From: Candidatus Bathyarchaeota archaeon
GTDB taxonomy: Archaea; Thermoproteota; Bathyarchaeia; Bathyarchaeales; Bathyarchaeaceae
Direction of reading: 5' to 3'
Length of the DNA: 20,000 bases
Assembly: GCA_029879825.1 (NCBI GenBank)
Contig: JAOUPL010000010.1
Location: 996-20,995, forward strand
Positions 14,361-20,000 of this stretch are shown piece after piece (the stretch's first letter is position 1; the number at the start of each line of letters is the position of its first letter). The position numbers and the translations under genes are program-made. The notes below the pieces were generated by a model. The model made no database searches. It was given only the letters and a program-made list of their open reading frames with translations, and was not told where the DNA came from.

Positions 14361-15626
14361 GTGAGTGGAATCAGAGTTATGGCTGAGGCGCTTGAGATAA
14401 AACTTGAAGATGTCAAGGAATGGCTAGAGGCAGAAACGATTTCTATAGTTGAACCTCTCAAGGCAGAGGGAAGGAGGCTAATAGATGATGTTAAAGCCAA
14501 AATTGATGAAGTCCTAGAAACTTCTGACAAACTGCTGGATGATGCTGAAAAAGAAATTGCGAAAGGTAGCCGTAAAACCTATCGTAGAGCTAAAGTCATG
14601 AACAGGCTTGCTCGAAACATTTCAGACATGATTGATGAAATAATCATTCCTGATGAAATTTCCCAAGAAAGCCTTCATAGGTTTTGTGAAGAACTGGAAA
14701 AAACCCTTACAAAGGTTGGCCGAGAAAGATGGAAATGGTTTCCCGTAATTTCACCCTACTTTATAATTGACCGCCGAAGATTCGATGTTGCATTAAAGAG
14801 AGCCACGGATTCGCTTCAGGAACTTCGCTCCTTTTCATCAGAAGAATATGAAAAGGCTAAGGCTGTTGAAGACGCTTTTTCTGCAGTTGATAAACTCCAT
14901 CAATCATTGAGCGAGTTAGGCGAGGTTGAGGGGCATAAGAAAAAAATGGAACTCAGAAAAAGAGTTCTTGAGAAGAAGATAACGGAAAATCAACGGAGAA
15001 TCACAGCAATCCAAGGTCAAAGTGAGATAGTTGAGCTTTTTCAAATAAATGAAAAAGTTGAAGAGCTAAAGAAGGAAGTGAAGCATAGTCTGCGCCATCT
15101 TCAAAAACCCTTTCTCAAGTTCCAAACTCTAGTTCAAAGTCCAAGCTACAGTCTTTTTCTTGATGAAACAAAGAAACTTGATGAATATTTGAGCGATCCG
15201 TTTAAGGCCCTTGCAACTGAGGAGGAAGAATATCCCATGCTCAAAAAGATTCTTCAGAAGATGGACGATGCGATAGCCCAAGGGAAACTGAAACTGAAGA
15301 AAAGTCGCTTAAGGAAGGCAAAGGATCAAATAGATAACCTGGTTTACAACAACGCCTTACTTTCTTTACATCAAAGCTGCAAAGAAGTTCTCTCCAAAAA
15401 ACAGCAGCTCTCAACATCAGGGAGAATAACTGAATCCAAAAACGAACTGGCACAAATCCAAGAAAACTTGAAAAACTTGCAAAAACGGAAAGAACTTCTT
15501 GACTCCAGAGGCGCCGTCTTGGAGAAAAAAATCAAAGAAACCTCTGAAAAAATTGAAAACCAGAAAAGAGAGCTAGAAAAAACTGTTTTGGACCTAACCA
15601 ACAAAAAAGCGCAAGTTTTGTTGTAA
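14361..15626 (+). CDS. Hypothetical K/E-rich coiled-coil protein (no recognised family)
   Basis: This 421-aa ORF has no competing ORF of comparable length. Composition is strongly charged and helical, with long heptad-like stretches and one hydrophobic/aromatic patch, RERWKWFPVISPYFIIDRRRF. It starts 14 nt after cofC. The start is either GTG 14361 or ATG 14379. Confidence 0.6.
   Translation: MSGIRVMAEALEIKLEDVKEWLEAETISIVEPLKAEGRRLIDDVKAKIDEVLETSDKLLDDAEKEIAKGSRKTYRRAKVMNRLARNISDMIDEIIIPDEISQESLHRFCEELEKTLTKVGRERWKWFPVISPYFIIDRRRFDVALKRATDSLQELRSFSSEEYEKAKAVEDAFSAVDKLHQSLSELGEVEGHKKKMELRKRVLEKKITENQRRITAIQGQSEIVELFQINEKVEELKKEVKHSLRHLQKPFLKFQTLVQSPSYSLFLDETKKLDEYLSDPFKALATEEEEYPMLKKILQKMDDAIAQGKLKLKKSRLRKAKDQIDNLVYNNALLSLHQSCKEVLSKKQQLSTSGRITESKNELAQIQENLKNLQKRKELLDSRGAVLEKKIKETSEKIENQKRELEKTVLDLTNKKAQVLL
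15600..15622. terminator. AU-rich hairpin / oligo-T element at the 11-nt convergent junction
   Basis: AACAAAA (15600-15606) pairs with TTTTGTT (15616-15622) around a 9-nt loop. This gives T4 on the plus strand just before the coiled-coil gene stop. It gives T6 on the minus strand about 30 nt after the frhB-like stop. Confidence 0.3.
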
Positions 15627-15637
15627 GTTAAGCTAGA

Positions 15638-16684
15638 TTAGAGGGAGGAGCCAGCTGTTTCTCGTTTTCTTTTCGAGAGTCTGAGTAACAGATCAAAGGC
15701 TCCTTTTTCCTCTTCAACAGACCTTGTTTTGAGGAATCCTTTCCTAACAGCATTATCGAATAATTCTTCGCCCTTTTTGGTGCGGAGGATGGTGAAGGTC
15801 CAGCCACTCAGTCCCAAGCCGCCGACCGAGATGTCGGCGAGTTCAGCGGAGAAATCTGTGCATATGGTGCAGCTTTTGCGGGTGTATTGTTTTGCTTCTT
15901 TCAGCGGAATTACCTTTACTTCTCCAGATTTTGTAGTAACCAAAATCTTTGCTTTGATGTTAATTTTCTCGACATCACTTAAGTTGACACCAAGCTCTCC
16001 TTGAATATGCTTCTCCATTAAGCCTTCATAGGTGAAACTTTCGGTGCACAGTAATCCGATGGCTAAGTGTAACGGGTTAAAATATTCTAAGAGGAGATCC
16101 TCGATTTTTCGTAAGGCGTGAATTTGACAGGGTGTACCCACAAAGGCTAGTCTCTTTTTGTTTTGATTGATACCCTCTTGGAGAGCAAGGAGATTTGGCG
16201 AGTAGGTGTATCTTGTTCCGGCACACTCCAAAGCCTCTTCTGGAGTCGTTACCAGCCTTGGAACAGGATAGAACGGCTTATCTTGACTTAACCCCGACAC
16301 GGCAGCGCCATCAATTATTTCCTTTTCTAAAGCATATGTGAGCAGAGCTGTGACTACTCCTCCATCCTGGCAGGATTGAAGAACCTTCTCATCAATAGCT
16401 TGGGCGATGACTATACGTCGATAAATGCCAAACTCTTCTTCCGGCTTCCTTTGTCTTCCAAAAATTGATTCTTCTAGGCTTGGCTGAGTATACTCGTATT
16501 GGGGGCAGACAATCACGCAGATTCCACAGTTTGCGCACTTCTTAACCAGTTTTGGCTTTCCCTCCACATACTCTAAGCAGCTAACGGGACAAACCGAAAC
16601 ACAAGCGGCGCAACCTGCACATTTTTCGGCGAGAACAACTTTTGCCAAGAGGTTTCCAAAACTCAGAGGCTTCTTAGGTTCCAT
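15638..16684 (-). CDS. FrhB/FdhB/FpoF-family F420-binding iron-sulfur flavoprotein with N-terminal 2x[4Fe-4S] ferredoxin domain
   Basis: CAGCAACVSVCP and CANCGICVIVCP are two ferredoxin motifs. They are followed by the FrhB-family blocks SCQDGGVVTALL, AGTRYTYSP and FVGTPCQIHALRK. Confidence 0.85.
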   Translation of the reverse strand: MEPKKPLSFGNLLAKVVLAEKCAGCAACVSVCPVSCLEYVEGKPKLVKKCANCGICVIVCPQYEYTQPSLEESIFGRQRKPEEEFGIYRRIVIAQAIDEKVLQSCQDGGVVTALLTYALEKEIIDGAAVSGLSQDKPFYPVPRLVTTPEEALECAGTRYTYSPNLLALQEGINQNKKRLAFVGTPCQIHALRKIEDLLLEYFNPLHLAIGLLCTESFTYEGLMEKHIQGELGVNLSDVEKINIKAKILVTTKSGEVKVIPLKEAKQYTRKSCTICTDFSAELADISVGGLGLSGWTFTILRTKKGEELFDNAVRKGFLKTRSVEEEKGAFDLLLRLSKRKRETAGSSL

Positions 16685-16802
16685 CGTCTTCTCCCTACCA
16701 GATCTAAAGATTTAATGATGTAAATCCATCGGATATAAAAACTTACAGCATAGACATAGCCTATTTTAAGTAGCCCACAATTTATCTTACCTCTGAAAAC
16801 TG

Positions 16803-17750
16803 GTGGAGAAGGTGGCTTTCAGCGTTAAAGATCTCTCTAACCTAATCGATATGGCTGCGAAGACAAGCTCCAACGAGTTTCTTCAGCTTACTCAGATTTG
16901 CATTCAGCTCTTGGCTAAGGAAAGCAGACAGGTTGGAAACTTACGAATAACTGGCAGACTAGTTGAAGTGCCGCCAGTAGGCGAAGCAATCATAGTTGGA
17001 GACATACATGGAGACCTAGAAAGCCTCACACACATTTTAGAAAACAGCAGCTTCATCGAGAAGGCGAATGGCGGCGAAGACATTCTGTTAATTTTTCTCG
17101 GTGATTATGGAGATCGCGGATTCTACTCGCCTGAAGTCTATTACATTGTTTTGAAGCTTAAGGAGCTATTTCCCCAGCGCGTTGTCTTGATGAGGGGAAA
17201 CCATGAAGGCCCCGATGACCTCCTTGCCTCTCCACACGACCTGCCATTTCATTTGAACAGAAAATTCGGTGAGAAGGGCTCAGAGGTTTATCTAAAGCTC
17301 CGCGAGCTTTTCAACAACTTATACAACGCTGTGCTTATAGACGAGAGATATATTTTGCTTCACGGCGGCGCCCCAAGCCAAGCCTCCAAAGCAGATGACC
17401 TTGCCTACGCCCATGAGAAGCATCCACGTGAACGTCATCTTGAGGAAATCTTGTGGAGTGATCCTTGGGAAGGCATAAAGGGAACCTATGCCTCCCCCAG
17501 AGGAGCTGGCAGACTCTTCGGCGAAGACGTCACAGATAGGCTTCTAAAAATGCTTGCCGTAAAAGCGTTGATTCGGGGACACGAACCAAGTGAAGAGGGA
17601 TTTAAAACAAACCATAATGGAAAGGTTCTAACGATATTCTCCCGAAGAGGTCCGCCTTACCACAATGACTACGGCGCTTACTTGTATCTAGATATGTCTC
17701 TAAAAGTGGAAGAGCCAAACCAACTTCTACAAAGTATCCGTAGATTTTAG
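16803..17750 (+). CDS. PPP-family (PP1-arch-like) serine/threonine protein phosphatase
   Basis: The canonical PPP motifs are present: GDIHGD (16998-17015), GDYGDRG and RGNHE, plus a later HGG. The start is GTG 16803, with alternatives at GTG 16812 or ATG 16851. Confidence 0.85.
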   Translation: MEKVAFSVKDLSNLIDMAAKTSSNEFLQLTQICIQLLAKESRQVGNLRITGRLVEVPPVGEAIIVGDIHGDLESLTHILENSSFIEKANGGEDILLIFLGDYGDRGFYSPEVYYIVLKLKELFPQRVVLMRGNHEGPDDLLASPHDLPFHLNRKFGEKGSEVYLKLRELFNNLYNAVLIDERYILLHGGAPSQASKADDLAYAHEKHPRERHLEEILWSDPWEGIKGTYASPRGAGRLFGEDVTDRLLKMLAVKALIRGHEPSEEGFKTNHNGKVLTIFSRRGPPYHNDYGAYLYLDMSLKVEEPNQLLQSIRRF

Positions 17751-17834
17751 TCAGCGCTTCTTGAGAGCAGAAAACAATTAGTGAGGCTATACTCTATCCT
17801 TTAGTCAACAAGGCTGACGCGAGAGGGATACTGT

Positions 17835-18713
17835 TTGAAGATGGGAATCATGACGAGAAACGAAAATGGGTGGTGTTCCACTCAACTTCGAGGGGCGATG
17901 GAAAGACGGAACATAACACCCGTATGTTTCAACTATAGTCAACTCGTTGCGCGGGTCAAATACAAACCTGACGCTTCTGTGGGCGAAACTAACATTCTTC
18001 GAGACTTAAGTGCCCTGATTACGCGTCCGATTGGACGAGGCTCTCTCGAAGAAATCATTTTTAGGATGGATCTTCTTCATCGGCTTGAACGTTTAGGAAT
18101 GCTGATAATAAACCCGCCTTTATCCATCGAGCGTTCAGTGGACAAATACTGCGCACTTACTCTCTTGGAGGAATATGGATTGCCGGTTCCGCGTACAGCG
18201 GTAACTGAAAGCCATGAAGAGGCTTTGAAATGTTTCCATGAGTTGGGTGAAGACGTCATTATGAAACCTTTGTTCGGGTCGAGAGGAATTGGCTCCACCA
18301 GAATTTCTGATTCAGACGTAGCCGCAAGAGTTTTCAGAACGATTTCCTTCTACCATGGCGTTCTCTACCTCCAAGAATTTATCCCTCACGGAGTTTCTGA
18401 CATCCGCGCGTTTGTTGTGGGCGGTCGGGTCATAGCTTCTATGCATCGAATAGCAGAAAATTGGAAAACCAATGTGAGCCTCGGCGCGAAACCAGTGTCA
18501 ATCAACCTCGATGAGGAGCTAGAGGATCTCGCTTTGAAAGCAGCAGAGGTTATTGGCTGTAAGGTGACTGGTGTGGATATCTTGGAGGGACCGAAAGGAC
18601 CGGTAGTTGTGGAGCTGAACAGTCAGCCGGGATGGAGGGGATTACAATCGGTCACAAAAATAAACATCGCCGACGAAATTGTTGGATATGTTCTATCTGA
18701 ATTGAAGGCTTAG
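17835..18713 (+). CDS. RimK-family ATP-grasp alpha-L-glutamate ligase (MptN / CofF-like)
   Basis: The 292-aa product shows ATP-grasp blocks: DKYCALTLLEEYGLPVPRT, VIMKPLFGSRGIG, LYLQEFIP..SDIRAFVVGG, WKTNVSLGA and GVDILE....VVELNSQPGW. Its size matches the M. jannaschii MptN/CofF class. The substrate cannot be assigned from sequence alone. Confidence 0.75.
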   Translation: MKMGIMTRNENGWCSTQLRGAMERRNITPVCFNYSQLVARVKYKPDASVGETNILRDLSALITRPIGRGSLEEIIFRMDLLHRLERLGMLIINPPLSIERSVDKYCALTLLEEYGLPVPRTAVTESHEEALKCFHELGEDVIMKPLFGSRGIGSTRISDSDVAARVFRTISFYHGVLYLQEFIPHGVSDIRAFVVGGRVIASMHRIAENWKTNVSLGAKPVSINLDEELEDLALKAAEVIGCKVTGVDILEGPKGPVVVELNSQPGWRGLQSVTKINIADEIVGYVLSELKA

Positions 18714-18725
18714 GAGAATTCAGTG

Positions 18726-19523
18726 ATGCGAAAGGTTCAAATTTCACGAATAGACGTTTCCACCCAAACCCTTGAGTCGAAGACAGACTTCGTGGCAGAG
18801 GAGACCCCCCTCCACATATTCCTGAACCAAATCCATTACGTAACCATCCTCTGCTGTCCCAATCAATTGAAAGAACTGGCAATAGGGCATCTCCTCTCAG
18901 AAGGGATTCTAAAATCAACAAACGAAATACAGGAAACACGCTTAGAAGAGGATGGAAAATGTCTAGTGAGGTTAAAGCCCGACATTGACGCGGAAAAACG
19001 AATCTCCATCTCGCAACCCTTCGCGCGTCTAATTGTTTCAGCCTGCGGCTCCCCAGACTATTGGCCTCTCTCAAAACTCATTGACAGGATCACTCTTGTC
19101 AAGTTGAACTTAGGTTTAACCGTAGAAGCAAAAGTCATTTCGGAGTCAGTGAAGCGACTCAACACGCTTGCCCAAAGGTTTAGGAAGACCGGCGGAGTTC
19201 ACGTAGCAGCACTATACTCCACAAGCGGCGAATTAGTAGCCTTATCAGAGGATGTGGGACGCCACAACGCCGTGGACAAAGTTGTCGGCGCTGGAACAGC
19301 GAAGAAACTGAATTTTGAAAACCTTTTTCTAGCCTTGAGCGGACGACTCACTGGCGACATTGTGTTAAAGGCGGTTCGAATGAGGATTCCTATAGTTGCC
19401 TCGATGGCAGCGGCCATTAACTCTGGCGTAGAGGCCGCCCAACTCACAGGAATAACTCTGATTGGTTTTGCCAGGGGCAAACGAATGAACGTTTATACGT
19501 ATCCAGAGAGAATTGTCTTGTAA
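18726..19523 (+). CDS. fdhD: FdhD-family sulfurtransferase for Mo/W-bisPGD cofactor maturation
   Basis: It has the GGVHVAAL and EDVGRHNAVDKVVG motifs and the C-terminal SGRLTGDIVLKAVRMRIPIVAS. AGGAG at 18712-18716 lies 9 nt before ATG 18726. GTG 18723 is also possible. Confidence 0.88.
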   Translation: MRKVQISRIDVSTQTLESKTDFVAEETPLHIFLNQIHYVTILCCPNQLKELAIGHLLSEGILKSTNEIQETRLEEDGKCLVRLKPDIDAEKRISISQPFARLIVSACGSPDYWPLSKLIDRITLVKLNLGLTVEAKVISESVKRLNTLAQRFRKTGGVHVAALYSTSGELVALSEDVGRHNAVDKVVGAGTAKKLNFENLFLALSGRLTGDIVLKAVRMRIPIVASMAAAINSGVEAAQLTGITLIGFARGKRMNVYTYPERIVL

Positions 19524-19577
19524 TTTTTACTTAAACAGTTGACAAGAATTGGTTTAAGAGTTCTCTATCGGTTCATC

Positions 19578-19700
19578 ATGGATTTCATAAAGACACAAGT
19601 GGAAGATTATCTAAACGATCTGGAAGAACTGGGAATAATAGAAATAAACAAAGATGGAAAGCTACGTTGCCGTGAAGCGCTCAAGAAATTAAGAAGATGA
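19578..19700 (+). CDS. Small ORF (40 aa, or 53 aa from TTG 19539), possible winged-helix remnant
   Basis: The translation is MDFIKTQVEDYLNDLEELGIIEINKDGKLRCREALKKLRR. The LEELGIIE..KDGK portion resembles a recognition-helix-plus-wing fragment. It is below the ORF-track cutoff, has no clear RBS, and may not be expressed. Confidence 0.25.
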   Translation: MDFIKTQVEDYLNDLEELGIIEINKDGKLRCREALKKLRR

Positions 19701-19829
19701 ATTCATGGTCAAATCCAATGAAAGTAAAGAATCTTTGAAACCAGTATTTCACAAGGAACCGTAATCTATCGATCAAAGTCGTACTAAGAATGGGGAGATT
19801 TCATGGACTTCCTAAAAACTGCACAAGTA

Positions 19830-20000
19830 TCATTTGGTTCTTTCATCGACGTTGTTTTTTCCACATTTTGGACAGTCTCTGACCTCAAAGCAGTTCCATC
19901 GCCAACCACAAGATTGGCAAACATACAAGTGCATGCCGTGGTATACTTTCTCAGTCATTTGACAAACCTCTTGTTCTGTGACAAGAGAGACCATGTGTAG
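19830..20000 (-). CDS. Small zinc-ribbon protein (open to the window edge, or starting at ATG 19994)
   Basis: The minus-strand reading is ...MTEKVYHGMHLYVCQSCGWRWNCFEVRDCPKCGKNNVDERTK with a stop at 19830-19832. The paired CxxC...CxxC knuckles are typical of zinc-ribbon proteins. This is more plausible than the antisense 65-aa plus-strand ORF in the track. Confidence 0.45.
   Translation of the reverse strand, partial: LHMVSLVTEQEVCQMTEKVYHGMHLYVCQSCGWRWNCFEVRDCPKCGKNNVDERTK

Noticed and set aside
16718-16797. Possible C/D-box sRNA, with AATGATGT near 16719 and CTGA at 16793-16796.
   Set aside because: The C box is imperfect. The spacing of about 73 nt is long. No internal C'/D' boxes are present. 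The region is better explained as divergent promoters.
18652-19074. 140-aa minus-strand ORF overlapping the rimK-like 3' end and fdhD.
   Set aside because: It is antisense to two well-supported genes and its translation is Arg/Leu/Ser-rich with no recognisable motif.
19803-20000. 65-aa plus-strand ORF from the track.
   Set aside because: Its hydrophobic, motif-less translation is less credible than the zinc-ribbon frame on the opposite strand.
1-20000. I looked for CRISPR arrays, tRNA/rRNA genes, IS elements, integrases, toxin-antitoxin pairs and defence-system genes.
   Set aside because: I noticed no repeat-spacer periodicity, no tRNA-like GTTCRAnnC arms in the intergenic regions, and no transposase, integrase or nuclease-like ORFs. 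Composition looks uniform across the window.

Overview
This is an archaeal chromosomal segment. It has a TATA-binding protein, an archaeal CTP-type riboflavin kinase, H4MPT- and F420-linked enzymes, and Shine-Dalgarno-led, tightly coupled operons. I can support about 21 protein-coding genes plus two small or partial ORFs. I saw no rRNA, tRNA, CRISPR array, transposase, integrase or long repeat. The content is a dense C1 and cofactor supercluster. It holds two divergently transcribed MtdA/MtdB-family methylene-H4MPT dehydrogenase paralogs and an AbrB-PhoU regulator divergent from a compact fwdD-fwdB-fwdA-fwdC-mch operon. That operon ends in a small B12-binding-like protein lacking the Asp-x-His ligand motif. 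Next come a membrane S-component plus ribK pair, a translationally coupled nitroreductase-cofD-cofC operon followed by an unknown 421-aa coiled-coil protein, a stand-alone FrhB-family F420 iron-sulfur flavoprotein, a PP1-type phosphatase, a RimK-family (MptN/CofF-like) glutamate ligase and fdhD. There is no obvious defence or mobile system. The most novel-looking points are: (i) bacterial-type Mtd paralogs with different predicted nicotinamide pockets in an archaeal Fwd/Mch context; (ii) the ligand-less B12-like domain riding on the fwd-mch operon; (iii) a stand-alone FbiB-C-terminal-like reductase coupled to cofD/cofC, which implies a dehydro-F420-0 route; (iv) the uncharacterised coiled-coil protein. 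All family calls come from reading the translations against remembered family motifs. No searches were run.
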